The translations under genes were made by a program, and so were the position numbers. The notes under the pieces were generated by a model. The model made no database searches and was not told the origin of the DNA. It saw only the letters and a program-made list of their open reading frames with translations. Source: Alphaproteobacteria bacterium (GTDB lineage: Bacteria; Pseudomonadota; Alphaproteobacteria; UBA828). From it: a stretch of DNA of 64,000 nt. Where the stretch lies: the NCBI GenBank assembly GCA_050173345.1, contig JBFXKW010000001.1:678342-742341 (forward strand), in the 5' to 3' direction. Each line of letters opens with the position of its first letter. The stretch's first letter is position 1. This document shows, piece after piece, positions 1 through 9,478 of the stretch.

Positions 1-2
1 AC

Positions 3-884
3 GTGCCGGGCTTTCCGCCGCACGGCTACATCCCGGTCCCGCCGCCCGAGCACGAGGATTACGCTGCCAATGGCACGCTCCCCTCGATCGTCGCGACCGA
101 GCAGATCATCCAGGCGATCGGGCCCGAGAACATCGCGGGCGTTATCACCGAGCCGATGCTCGGCGGCGGCGGCACCTTCCCGCACGCAGCCTACATGCCG
201 GCGCTGGTCGGCCTCGCGCGCAAGTACGGCTTCCTGTGGATCGACGACGAGGTGATCACCGGCTTCGGCCGGCTCGGCGAGTGGTTCGGCTATCAGTGCT
301 GGCCGGGCCTGACGCCTGACATCCTCGCCGGCGGCAAGGGCGTCAATAGCTGCGCGCTGCCGGTCGGCGTGGTGATCGCGAGCAAGCAGGTCGCCGACCT
401 GTTCGAGAAGGCGCGCTGGTGGAGCGGCTCGACCTGGGACGGCCATCCGCTGGTGTGCGCGACCATCGTCGGCAACCTCGAATACATGCTCGCCAACAAC
501 ATCATCCAGCAGGTGCGCCAGCGCGGCGCCTACCTCAAGGAACGGCTCGACGCGCTCAAGCCCAAGCACCCCTCGATCGGGCGCATCTCGGGGCGCGGCC
601 TGTTCCAGGTCATCGACCTGGTCAACGACAAGGGCGCGCCGATCGTGCCCGAGGACCGCTTCTCGGCGTTCACCGGCGATCTCGGCGCGCATCCGAACGT
701 CATCGTCTACCAGGAGACGGCGAAGCGCGGCGTCTACCTCGGCGGCTTCACGCCGAACACGCTGAAGCTCGGCCCGCCCTTCACCGTGACGCAGGACGAC
801 ATCGACCTCGCGGTCGATGCGCTGGATGCCGCGCTCGACGTGGTCGAGGCGAAGTACCACAAGGGCACGGCCAAGCCGCATTGA
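3..884 (+). CDS. Class III PLP-dependent aminotransferase (5' end cut by window edge)
   Basis: EPMLGGGG, DDEVITGFGRLG and DILAGGKG (PLP lysine) motifs; the N-terminal part of the family is missing. Confidence 0.88.
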   Translation: MPGFPPHGYIPVPPPEHEDYAANGTLPSIVATEQIIQAIGPENIAGVITEPMLGGGGTFPHAAYMPALVGLARKYGFLWIDDEVITGFGRLGEWFGYQCWPGLTPDILAGGKGVNSCALPVGVVIASKQVADLFEKARWWSGSTWDGHPLVCATIVGNLEYMLANNIIQQVRQRGAYLKERLDALKPKHPSIGRISGRGLFQVIDLVNDKGAPIVPEDRFSAFTGDLGAHPNVIVYQETAKRGVYLGGFTPNTLKLGPPFTVTQDDIDLAVDALDAALDVVEAKYHKGTAKPH

Positions 885-909
885 GCGGGCCGCGGCGCCC
901 GCCAGCGGC

Positions 910-2868
910 ATGGCCGACGGAAGCAACGCGGCGCCCGGCCCTCGAAACGGGGTGGTCGCCGCGCTGTTCCGCCAGGCGGTCGAGCGGCACGCCAGGAACG
1001 ACCTGAAGGCCGCCGAGCAGGGCTATCGCGCCGTGCTCGCGCAGGCGCCGGGCCATGCCCAGGGCTGGTATCGGCTCGGCGTCCTGCTCGGCCAGACCGG
1101 CCGGGCCGCGGAGGGAGTCGAAGCGCTCCGAAAGTCGCTTTCGATCGATGCCCGCCATGCGGAGGCGCACCGCAATCTCGGCGTCCTGCTGCACGCGCTC
1201 GGCCGCTACGACGAAGCGGCGGCGGCGACGCGCCGCTGCATCGCGCTGAAGCCAGGCGACGCGGAAGCCCACGCCAACCTCGCGCTCGCGCTGCGCAAGC
1301 TCGGCCGTCTCGACGCGGCGCTGACAAGCATCCGCCGCGCCGTGGAGCTCGACCCGAAGAGCGCGGGTGCCGCCTTCTCGCTCGGCAACATCCTGACCGA
1401 CGCGGGCGACGGCGCGGGCGCGGAGGCGGCCTTCCGTCGCGCCGTCGAGCTTCGCCCCGGCCACGCCCAGGCGCTCAACAATCTCGGCAACGCACTGATC
1501 CGGCGCGGCGCGCCGGCGGAAGCGATCCCCTGTTTCCGGCAGGCCATCGCATCGAAGCCGGACCATGCCGAGGCCCATATGAACCTAGGCTATGCGCTGC
1601 AGGAGGTCGGCGCGCTAGAGAAGGCGATCGCCGCCTTCCGGCGCGCGACCGCGTTGGCCGCGGCATCGGCGCCGGCCCATGCCGGGCTCGGCGGCGCGCT
1701 GCTCGGCACGGGCGCATACGAGGAGGCGGCGCGCGCGCTGCGCCAGGCGCTCGCGCTCGATCCCGGCCTGCCCGAGGCGCAGGACAGTCTCGGCCGGCTC
1801 GCGCTTGCCGAGGGCCGCGTCGACCAGGCGCTCGAAGCCTTCAACCAGGCGATCGACGCGTTCGAGGCGCGCGAGGGCCGGCCGATCATCGCGGGCGAGG
1901 CATTCCGCCCCGATGCGCCGCTCGCCTGGCGCGCCTATGGCGAGGCGCGCATCAACCTGAGCATGGCGCGCCTGCTCAAGGGCGAGTATGAGGCCGGCTT
2001 CCGCGAATACGAATGGCGCTGGGCGCGCAGCTGGCTCGCGCCGCGCAAGTTCGACGAGCCGCTCTTCTCGCTCGATGCGCCGAAGGGCTCGACCGTGCTC
2101 GTCTATGCCGAGCAGGGCCAGGGCGACACCATCCACTTCGTCCGCTACGTGCCGCTCCTGACCGCGCGCGGCTATCGCGTGGTGCTCGAGGTGCAGCCAT
2201 CCCTGCTCCGCCTGCTCGACGGCATCGGCGGCGCGACGGTGGTGCCGGCCGGCAGCGTCCTGCCCCGCTTCGACCATCAGGTCGCGCTGCTCAGCCTGCC
2301 GCGCGTCTTCGGCACCCGCCTGGAGACCATCCCCGCCGACATCCCCTATCTTTCGGCGCCCGAGGACAGCACCGCCAAATGGCAGGCGCGGCTCGGCCCG
2401 ACACCTGGCCTCAAGGTCGGGCTGGTCTGGCGCGGCAGCGCGACTTACGGCAACGACAAGAACCGCTCGCTCGATCCCCGCCTGCTCGCGCCGCTCTTCG
2501 GCCTCTCCGGGGTCCGGCTCCACAGCCTGCAAAAAGAGCCCCGCGACGGCGACATGGCGGCGTTGCGCGGGCTCGGGCCGTTCGTCGACCTGGCCGACGG
2601 GCTCGGCGACTTCGCGGACACGGCCGGCGCGCTGATGGCGCTCGACCTCCTGGTCGCGGTCGATACCTCGGTCGCGCACCTGGCCGGCGCGCTCGGCCGG
2701 CCCGCCTGGATCCTGCTCCCCTTCGCGCCCGACTGGCGCTGGATGCAGCAGCGTGAGGACAGCCCGTGGTACCCGACCGCGCGGCTGTTCCGCCAGCCTG
2801 CGCGCGGCGACTGGCCGGCGGTCATCAACCGCGTCGCCACCGCGCTCGAAGCGCGCATCGCCGGATAG
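910..2868 (+). CDS. TPR-repeat protein with C-terminal glycosyltransferase family 9-like domain
   Basis: Many TPRs (AEAHRNLG, AQALNNLG, AEAHMNLG), then AEQGQGDTIHFVRY, VAVDTSVAHLAGALG, DWRW and SPWYP. ATG at 910 chosen to avoid overlap with the upstream gene. Confidence 0.85.
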   Translation: MADGSNAAPGPRNGVVAALFRQAVERHARNDLKAAEQGYRAVLAQAPGHAQGWYRLGVLLGQTGRAAEGVEALRKSLSIDARHAEAHRNLGVLLHALGRYDEAAAATRRCIALKPGDAEAHANLALALRKLGRLDAALTSIRRAVELDPKSAGAAFSLGNILTDAGDGAGAEAAFRRAVELRPGHAQALNNLGNALIRRGAPAEAIPCFRQAIASKPDHAEAHMNLGYALQEVGALEKAIAAFRRATALAAASAPAHAGLGGALLGTGAYEEAARALRQALALDPGLPEAQDSLGRLALAEGRVDQALEAFNQAIDAFEAREGRPIIAGEAFRPDAPLAWRAYGEARINLSMARLLKGEYEAGFREYEWRWARSWLAPRKFDEPLFSLDAPKGSTVLVYAEQGQGDTIHFVRYVPLLTARGYRVVLEVQPSLLRLLDGIGGATVVPAGSVLPRFDHQVALLSLPRVFGTRLETIPADIPYLSAPEDSTAKWQARLGPTPGLKVGLVWRGSATYGNDKNRSLDPRLLAPLFGLSGVRLHSLQKEPRDGDMAALRGLGPFVDLADGLGDFADTAGALMALDLLVAVDTSVAHLAGALGRPAWILLPFAPDWRWMQQREDSPWYPTARLFRQPARGDWPAVINRVATALEARIAG

Positions 2869-2870
2869 AT

Positions 2871-4301
2871 TCAGCCCTTGATGCAGATGACCGGCTTGAG
2901 CCGTGCCACCTTGCGGGCGAGCCCGGCGCGGTCGGCGGCATCGACCACCGCCGAGACGTCCTTGTAGGCGCCGGGCGCTTCCTCGGCGACGCCGCGCGGC
3001 GACGGCGAGCGCACGATGATGCCGGCCTCCGCAAGCTCCGCCATCAGCGCCTTGCCGTGCCACTTCTTGGTCGCCGCGGTGCGGCTCATGGCGCGGCCTG
3101 CGCCGTGACAGGCCGAGGAGAAGGCGAGCCGCTCGCTCTCCCTGGTGCCGGCCAGCACATAGGAGTGCGTGCCCATGCTGCCGCCGATCAGCACCGGCTG
3201 GCCGAACGGGCGGAGCGCCTCGGGCAGCGCATGGTGGCCGGGGCCGAAGGCGCGCGTCGCGCCCTTGCGGTGGACGTGGAGCAGCCGGTAGCTGCCCTCG
3301 ACCGCGTGCCACTCCGCCTTGCAGGTGTTGTGCGAGACGTCGAACAGCAGGTCGAGCGCGACGCCCGGGAAGAAGCGCGCGAACACGCCGCGGGTGAGAT
3401 GGCCGATGATCTCGCGGTTGGCGAGCGCGCAATTGATCGCGGCGCGCATCGCGCCGAGATAGCGCTGGCCGATCTCCGAGTTGATCAGCGCGCAGGCAAG
3501 CTCGCGGTCGGGCAGCGCGATGCCGAGGCCGGCGGCAGCGAGCGCCATGTCGCGCAGATACTCCGTGCCGATCTGATGGCCGAGGCCGCGCGAGCCGCAA
3601 TGGATGGTCGCCACCACCTCGCCTTCGACCAGGCCGAACGCCCTCGCCGCCTCGGCGTCGTAGACCGTCTCGATCTCCTGGATCTCGAGATAGTGGTTGC
3701 CGGAGCCGAGCGAGCCCATCTCCTTGCGCTGCCGCGTCTTGGCCTTGTGCGAGACGCATTCGGGCCGCGCCCCGGCGGCGGTCCCGCGTTCCTCGATGCG
3801 TTCGAGGTCGCGCGGCTCGCCATAGCCCTGCTCCACCGCCCAGCGTGCGCCGCCGCTCAGCATGGCGTCCATCGCGCGATCATCGAGCCGGATGTCGCCG
3901 GTGCTGCCGAGCCCGACCGGGATGCTGCGATAGAGCGTCTCGGCGAGTGGCGCCTTGACCCGCTCGATCTCGCCCCGCTTGAGCCCGGTCACGAAGCTGC
4001 GCACGCCGCAGGAGATGTCGAAGCCGACCCCACCGCCCGAGACCACGCCGCCCTCGTCGGCATCGAAGGCGGCGACGCCGCCGATCGGGAAGCCATAGCC
4101 CCAATGCGCGTCCGGCATGGCGTAGGAGGCCTGGACGATGCCGGGCAGCGTCGCGACGTTGGTGACCTGCTCGTACACCTTCTCGTCCATGTCCGCGATC
4201 AGGCCCTCATCGGCGTAGATGATCGCGGGCACGCGCATCGCGCCGAACGGGGAGATGCGCCACGCCATCTCGCCGATCCTTTCGAGCTTCGACAGGTCCA
4301 T
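2871..4301 (-). CDS. rtcB: RNA 2',3'-cyclic phosphate/5'-OH ligase RtcB
   Basis: PDAHWGYGFPIGG, GFDISCGVR, GSGNHYLE, HCGSRGLGH, DVSHN, HRKGAT, SACHGAGR, EEAPGAYK, C-terminal KG; start MDLSKL at 4301. Confidence 0.96.
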   Translation of the reverse strand: MDLSKLERIGEMAWRISPFGAMRVPAIIYADEGLIADMDEKVYEQVTNVATLPGIVQASYAMPDAHWGYGFPIGGVAAFDADEGGVVSGGGVGFDISCGVRSFVTGLKRGEIERVKAPLAETLYRSIPVGLGSTGDIRLDDRAMDAMLSGGARWAVEQGYGEPRDLERIEERGTAAGARPECVSHKAKTRQRKEMGSLGSGNHYLEIQEIETVYDAEAARAFGLVEGEVVATIHCGSRGLGHQIGTEYLRDMALAAAGLGIALPDRELACALINSEIGQRYLGAMRAAINCALANREIIGHLTRGVFARFFPGVALDLLFDVSHNTCKAEWHAVEGSYRLLHVHRKGATRAFGPGHHALPEALRPFGQPVLIGGSMGTHSYVLAGTRESERLAFSSACHGAGRAMSRTAATKKWHGKALMAELAEAGIIVRSPSPRGVAEEAPGAYKDVSAVVDAADRAGLARKVARLKPVICIKG

Positions 4302-4306
4302 GGCGG

Positions 4307-4720
4307 CTACACGTCCACGACGCAGCGCGCGACCCAGGCGCCGTCCGGTGCGCGCTCGACCGAGAGCGCCGTATAGGTCGCGCCCTTGACCTCGACCGCC
4401 GGCTGGTGGCGCGCGATGTCGAGCGGCTCGCCGTGCAGCACGCCGCGCAGCCTGTTGCCCTCGATCGTCACGTCGTAGCTGCCGAACAGCATGCCGCGGG
4501 TCGCCATCTCGAACACGATGGCGTTCAGCCATTCGACCAGCAGGTATTCGGGGTCCGGCGCCTCGCAACTCACCTCGACGCGCTCGCGCGCCGCGACCGG
4601 CCGGTCGGTGATCACCGCCGTCATCGCGAGCGCGGCCTGTTCGAACGCCGAGGCCAGGCTCGGCCCGCAGCCGGCGAGCCCGATATCGGCGCCGTGGGCG
4701 AAATGCCGCCAGCCTGCCAA
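4307..4720 (-). CDS. Archease (RtcB activator)
   Basis: [16 protein letters not shown] and EVKGATY motifs, C-terminal VDV; ends 5 bp before rtcB. Probable TTG start at 4720 after GGGAGG (ORF extends to 4762). Confidence 0.92.
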   Translation of the reverse strand: MAGWRHFAHGADIGLAGCGPSLASAFEQAALAMTAVITDRPVAARERVEVSCEAPDPEYLLVEWLNAIVFEMATRGMLFGSYDVTIEGNRLRGVLHGEPLDIARHQPAVEVKGATYTALSVERAPDGAWVARCVVDV

Positions 4721-4878
4721 GGCCGCCCCTCCCGCGTCCCTTCCAACGCTGCAATGCAGCATCAGCCGAGGGCACGTGGGACCGTCCTACACCGCCGCGG
4801 GCCGCATCCGCAACGCGCCAAAGGCCGCAGGCGGAAGCGGCGCGGCATGACGCTGGTTTTCGGTTCCATCGCGCCATG

Positions 4879-4902
4879 CTGTTAGGCAAGATTGTAGGAC
4901 GA
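4879..4902. promoter_or_regulatory. Tandem palindromic operator, copy 1 (putative GntR/FCD site)
   Basis: CTGTTAGGCAA-GA-TTGTAGGACGA; same 11-2-11 architecture as four other promoter regions. Confidence 0.6.
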
Positions 4903-4966
4903 TCGATCTTAAGACCGGGCGCGCCAACGTCGCGTTGCGGTGGCTCCAGGCGGTAGGAGGACCCCC

Positions 4967-5992
4967 ATGAAGGCAGCCGTGTTCCACGGCCTCGGCAAAC
5001 CCCTTGCGATCGAGACGGTGCCCGATCCGGTGTGCGGCCCAGGCGACGTGCTGATGCGCATCAATTATTGCGGCATCTGCGGCTCCGACCTGCACGCGAC
5101 GCAGGAGGGCGTCTATGTGGTGCCCGACGGCACGATCCTCGGCCACGAGGTCGCCGCCGAGGTGGTCGAGGTCGGCAGGGACGCCAAGGGCCTGTTCAAG
5201 GTCGGCGAGCGCGTCACCACGGTGCCGATCAACGCCTGCGCGAGCTGCGGGCGCACCTGCCGGCTCGGCCTCGGCATCCATTGCCCGAGCAACATCATCA
5301 CCGGCTTCGGCATTCCCGGCGCCTATGCCGAATATCTGCGCGCCGACGCCAACCATGTGCTGCACCTGCCGCAAGGCGTCAGCGACCAGAAGGCCGCGAT
5401 GATCGAGCCGCTGGCGGTCGGCTTTCATGCCGTCGATCGCGCCCGGATGAAGCCCGGCACCAACGTGCTGGTGCTGGGCGCCGGGCCGATCGGGCTGTCG
5501 ACCGCGCTGTTCGCGCATTTCGCCGGGGCGCGGCGCGTCGTGGTCAGCGAGTTCGCGGCCGACCGGCGCGAGCGCGCGCTCAAGTTCGGCGCGACCCACG
5601 CGGTCGACCCCAAGACCGCGCCGGTGCTCGACCAGTTCAAGGCGATCGCCGGCGGGCCGCCCGACCTCATCTTCGAGTGTGTCGGCGTGAAAGGGCTGAT
5701 CCAGGAATGCATCGACATGCTGCCGCCGTTCGGCAAGCTCATGGTGGTCGGCGTCTGCATGCAGCCCGACACCATCGTGCCGATCTCCGGCATCCTGAAG
5801 GAAGCCGCGTTGCAGTTCGTGATCGGCTACGTCAAGCGCGACTTCGAGGTGATCATCGACCTGCTCGACGCCGGCCGCATCGACCCGATGCCGATGCTGA
5901 CCGACATGGTAGAGTTCGACGCGCTGCCCTCAGCCTTCGAGGCGCTGCGCAAGCCGACCACGCAATGCAAGGTCATGCTCAAGCCGCACTGA
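4967..5992 (+). CDS. Zinc-dependent medium-chain alcohol dehydrogenase
   Basis: CGICGSDLH, GHE, structural Zn cysteines CASCGRTC..C, GAGPIG; AGGAGG RBS. Confidence 0.92.
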   Translation: MKAAVFHGLGKPLAIETVPDPVCGPGDVLMRINYCGICGSDLHATQEGVYVVPDGTILGHEVAAEVVEVGRDAKGLFKVGERVTTVPINACASCGRTCRLGLGIHCPSNIITGFGIPGAYAEYLRADANHVLHLPQGVSDQKAAMIEPLAVGFHAVDRARMKPGTNVLVLGAGPIGLSTALFAHFAGARRVVVSEFAADRRERALKFGATHAVDPKTAPVLDQFKAIAGGPPDLIFECVGVKGLIQECIDMLPPFGKLMVVGVCMQPDTIVPISGILKEAALQFVIGYVKRDFEVIIDLLDAGRIDPMPMLTDMVEFDALPSAFEALRKPTTQCKVMLKPH

Positions 5993-6017
5993 GCGACAAG
6001 AGAGGGGAGCAAGAACA

Positions 6018-6800
6018 ATGAAACGCATGGACGGCAAGGTCACCGTCATCACCGGCGCGGGCACCGGCGTCGGCCGCGCCGGCATGGTCATCTTCGCGCG
6101 CGAGGGCGCCAAGGTGGTCGGCGTCTCGCGCACCCAGAAGAACCTCGACGAGACGCTCTCGCTCGTCAGGCAGGCGGGCGGCGACGGCATGGTGGTCGCG
6201 GCCGACCTTTCCAAGCCCGAGGGCGCCGAAACCGTCATCGGGAAGGTGATGGAGGCCCATGGCCGCATCGACAGCCTGGTGAACGTGGCGAGCGTCGGCT
6301 ATAGCTGGATGGAGAAGAGCCCGGGCTCGATGAACGACATCGTGAACACCACGCCCGAGAAGTGGCACGAGGTGCTGGCGCTCAACCTCGATACCTGCTT
6401 CTACATGTGCCGGGGCGTCATCCCGCTCATGCAGAAGCAGGGCGGCGGCTCGATCGTCAACGTGGCGAGCATCTCGGGCATCCAGGGCCTGCCGGTCGCC
6501 CATACCTACACGGCGGCGAAGGGTGCCATGATCAACCTGACCCGCTCGCTCTGCGTCACCTATGCGAAGGACAACATCCGCGCCAACTGCGTGGCGCCGG
6601 GCTATACCGATACGCCGATGATCGCCGCCGTGATGCACCTGTTCGACGATCCCGACATGGCGGAGCGCCTGACGCCCATGAGGCGCGCCGGCACGCCCGA
6701 CGAGATGGCCTATGGCTGCCTCTACCTCGCCTCCGACGAGGCCTCCTACTGCAACGGCACCGTGCTGGTGATCGACGGCGGCACCACGGCGCGGCAATAG
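6018..6800 (+). CDS. Short-chain dehydrogenase/reductase (SDR)
   Basis: TGAGTGVG, YTAAK, NCVAPG. Confidence 0.92.
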   Translation: MKRMDGKVTVITGAGTGVGRAGMVIFAREGAKVVGVSRTQKNLDETLSLVRQAGGDGMVVAADLSKPEGAETVIGKVMEAHGRIDSLVNVASVGYSWMEKSPGSMNDIVNTTPEKWHEVLALNLDTCFYMCRGVIPLMQKQGGGSIVNVASISGIQGLPVAHTYTAAKGAMINLTRSLCVTYAKDNIRANCVAPGYTDTPMIAAVMHLFDDPDMAERLTPMRRAGTPDEMAYGCLYLASDEASYCNGTVLVIDGGTTARQ

Positions 6801-6817
6801 GGGCCTGATCCACAGCC

Positions 6818-7801
6818 ATGAAAGCCGCGCTGTGCACCGTGCCGGGCCGCATCGAGGATGTGGTGGTCGCCGAGATCGAGCCGCCGGCGCTGCCGGATGA
6901 CGGGCTCCTGGTCCGCGTCCATGCGGCCGGAGTGAACTTCCCCGACCTTCTTCTGGTGCGCGGGCAGTATCAGGAGAAGCCGACGCCGCCCTTCGCGCCG
7001 GGGCTGGAGGTCGCCGGCGTGGTCGATGCGGTCGGCAAGGACGTCACCGACTTCGCGCCGGGCGACCGCGTGATGGCGACGCTGCGTCATGGCGGCTTCG
7101 CCGAATTCGCCGCGGTCAAGGCGGCGAACGCGGTCAAGCTGCCCGCGACGGTCTCGCTCGATGCCGCGGCGGCGCTGCCCATCGCCTACGGCACCGCCTA
7201 TCACGCCTTCGCGCAGCGCGCCCGCCTCGAGCCGGGCGAGACGCTGCTGGTGCTCGGCGCGGCCGGCGGCGTCGGGCTCGCCGCGGTCGAGCTCGGCCGG
7301 CGCTTCGGGGCGCGCGTCATCGCGGTCGCGAGCACGGTGGAGAAGCGCGCCGCCGCCAAGGCCGCCGGCGCGCACGAGGCGATCGGCGACGAGGCCGATC
7401 AGCTCGCCGAGCGCGTCAAGGCGCTCACCGACGGCCGCGGCGCCGACGTGGTGTTCGACCCGGTCGGCGGCGACCTGTTCGACCAGGCGCTGCGCTGCGT
7501 CGCGCCCGACGGCCGCGTGCTCGTCATCGGCTTCGCCTCGGGACGCATCGGCGAGCTCAAGGCCAACCGGCTGCTGCTCAAGGAATGCGGCGTGCTCGGC
7601 GTCTATTGGGGCGCCTATGCGCGGCGCAAGCCGGCGGAGAACGCGGCGAACTTCGCGCGCCTGATCGAGTGGCTCGAGGCGGGCGAGCTCGCGCCGCCGA
7701 TCTGGCGGCGCTTCTCCCTCGCCGAGGTGCCCGAGGCGCTCGCCGCGCTCGCCAACCGCCAGGTCATCGGCAAGGCGATCATCGCCGTTCGCGACGCCTA
7801 G
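6818..7801 (+). CDS. NADPH:quinone oxidoreductase family (Zn-free MDR) protein
   Basis: GVNFPD, PGLEVAG, GAAGGVG, DPVGG, IGFASG. Confidence 0.9.
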   Translation: MKAALCTVPGRIEDVVVAEIEPPALPDDGLLVRVHAAGVNFPDLLLVRGQYQEKPTPPFAPGLEVAGVVDAVGKDVTDFAPGDRVMATLRHGGFAEFAAVKAANAVKLPATVSLDAAAALPIAYGTAYHAFAQRARLEPGETLLVLGAAGGVGLAAVELGRRFGARVIAVASTVEKRAAAKAAGAHEAIGDEADQLAERVKALTDGRGADVVFDPVGGDLFDQALRCVAPDGRVLVIGFASGRIGELKANRLLLKECGVLGVYWGAYARRKPAENAANFARLIEWLEAGELAPPIWRRFSLAEVPEALAALANRQVIGKAIIAVRDA

Positions 7802-7810
7802 AGGCTCGTC

Positions 7811-8854
7811 TTGAGTAGCACCACCGAGGTCCGCGCCGCCCATCGCTTCGACGAGGCGAAGCTCCACCGCTATCTCGCGGACCGCCTCGACGGCATCGGG
7901 CCGCATCTATCGGTACGCCAGTTCGCGGCTGGGCAATCCAACCCGACCTTCCTGATCGAGGGCGGCGGGCGGCGCTATGTGCTGCGCAAGAAGCCGCCCG
8001 GCCACCTCCTGCCCTCCGCGCACATGATCGAGCGCGAGTACCGCATCCTCCACGCGCTCAAGGGCAGCGCGGTGCCGGTGCCTGAGGCGCTGCTGCTGTG
8101 CGAGGACGCCGAGGTCATCGGCACGCCGTTCTACGTGATGGCCTATGTCGAGGGCCGCGTGATCCAGGATCCGGCGTTGCCCGGCTTCGCGCCCGGCGAG
8201 CGCGCCGCAATCTATGAATCGATGAACACCACCCTGGCCGCGCTTCACATGCTCGACTGGAAGGCGGCCGGCCTCGAAGGCTTCGGCAAGCCGGACGGCT
8301 ACATCGCACGGCAGGTCGCGCTGTGGACCCGGCAATACGAGAGCGCCAGGCGCGACGACATCCCGGCGATGGACGAATTGATCCGCCGCCTCCCCGCGCT
8401 GATCCCGCCCGGCGACGAGACCGCCATCGCGCATGGCGACTTCCGCCTGGGCAACCTGATCCTCCACCCGAGCGAGCCGCGCGTGATCGCGGTGCTCGAC
8501 TGGGAGCTTTCGACGATCGGGCATCCGCTCTCCGACCTCGCCTACAACTGCCTCGCCTATCATCTCGAGGCCGGCGGCGCGATCGTGCCGGGCTTGGCCG
8601 GGCTCGAGCTCGCCGCACTCGGCATCCCGTCCGAGGCCGACTATGTCGCCGCCTATGCGGCGCGGCGCGGCCGAGGCCCGATCGAACGCTGGCCGTTCTA
8701 CGTCGCCTTCGCCCTCTTCCGCTACGCCTCGATCGTGCAGGGCGTCTATGACCGCGCGCTCAAGGGCAACGCGGCGTCCGAGACCGCCATGGCATACGGC
8801 GCCGCCGTGCCCCGCCTCGCCGCGACCGCGCTCGCCCTGCTCGACGAGCTTTGA
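7811..8854 (+). CDS. APH-family phosphotransferase resembling the ACAD10/ACAD11 N-terminal kinase
   Basis: GQSNPT, RKKPPGHLLPSAHMIEREYR, HGDFRLGN, LDWELSTIGHP; TTG start. Confidence 0.9.
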   Translation: MSSTTEVRAAHRFDEAKLHRYLADRLDGIGPHLSVRQFAAGQSNPTFLIEGGGRRYVLRKKPPGHLLPSAHMIEREYRILHALKGSAVPVPEALLLCEDAEVIGTPFYVMAYVEGRVIQDPALPGFAPGERAAIYESMNTTLAALHMLDWKAAGLEGFGKPDGYIARQVALWTRQYESARRDDIPAMDELIRRLPALIPPGDETAIAHGDFRLGNLILHPSEPRVIAVLDWELSTIGHPLSDLAYNCLAYHLEAGGAIVPGLAGLELAALGIPSEADYVAAYAARRGRGPIERWPFYVAFALFRYASIVQGVYDRALKGNAASETAMAYGAAVPRLAATALALLDEL

Positions 8855-8885
8855 GCGCTGCGCACGGGTCGCACCACCCCACATC

Positions 8886-8977
8886 GTCATGCCCGGGCTT
8901 GACCCGGGCATCCAGTCTGCCGGAAGAAGCAGCGGCGCTGTCGCCTCCTGGATTGCCGGGTCAAGCCCGGCAATGAC
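8886..8977. repeat. Palindromic REP-like repeat family A, copy 1
   Basis: GTCATGCCCGGGCTTGACCCGGGCATCCA ... TGGATTGCCGGGTCAAGCCCGGCAATGAC; two hairpin arms in inverted orientation between convergent genes. Confidence 0.88.
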
Positions 8978-9013
8978 GCGGGAGAGGCCGAGTGCCGCGC
9001 GTCCTCGCGCGTC

Positions 9014-9478
9014 CTACAGGATCTCGTGCACCGTGTAGCGCGGGCCTTCGGGCAGGCGCTCGCCGATGCCGACCGCGACCAAGTTGTTGAGCCAGGCATA
9101 GCGCGGATCGGCCGTCTCGAAGAGCGGGTTGATGCGGAAATAATAGAGGCTCGGATCGACCGTCTCGCCCTTGTTGAGCCGCGCCAGCACGTCAGGCGGG
9201 CCGTACCGGTAGCCCCGATAGGTCATGAAGACCGGTGCGCCGTCGTCCGTCTTGAGCGTGAGCCTAACGTCGAGGGCGAGCGAGCCGTCGGGGCGGCTGA
9301 GCACCCAGTCGGCGCCACCCGGCAGCAGCACGCCCCGCAGCCTCTCGCCCTCGAAGGTGCCGCCGCGGATCGGCACGATGCGGCGATGGCCATAGGGCGT
9401 CGGCCCGTCGAGCTGGGCCGGCTCCAGCAGCACGGTGATCGTGAACAGGTGGCGCGAACGCAATTCCAGCATCCTCAT
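9014..9478 (-). CDS. DUF3237 (UPF0311) family protein
   Basis: GPTPYGHRRIVPIRGGTFEG, PGGADW, LKTDDG, YFRINPLFET, YAWLN; ATGA overlap with the upstream hydratase stop. Confidence 0.85.
   Translation of the reverse strand: MRMLELRSRHLFTITVLLEPAQLDGPTPYGHRRIVPIRGGTFEGERLRGVLLPGGADWVLSRPDGSLALDVRLTLKTDDGAPVFMTYRGYRYGPPDVLARLNKGETVDPSLYYFRINPLFETADPRYAWLNNLVAVGIGERLPEGPRYTVHEIL

Noticed and set aside
2871-4889. Apparent 672-aa RtcB with a long N-terminal extension
   Set aside because: The extension is Arg-rich, low-complexity and overlaps the archease gene in another frame; the real start is at 4301
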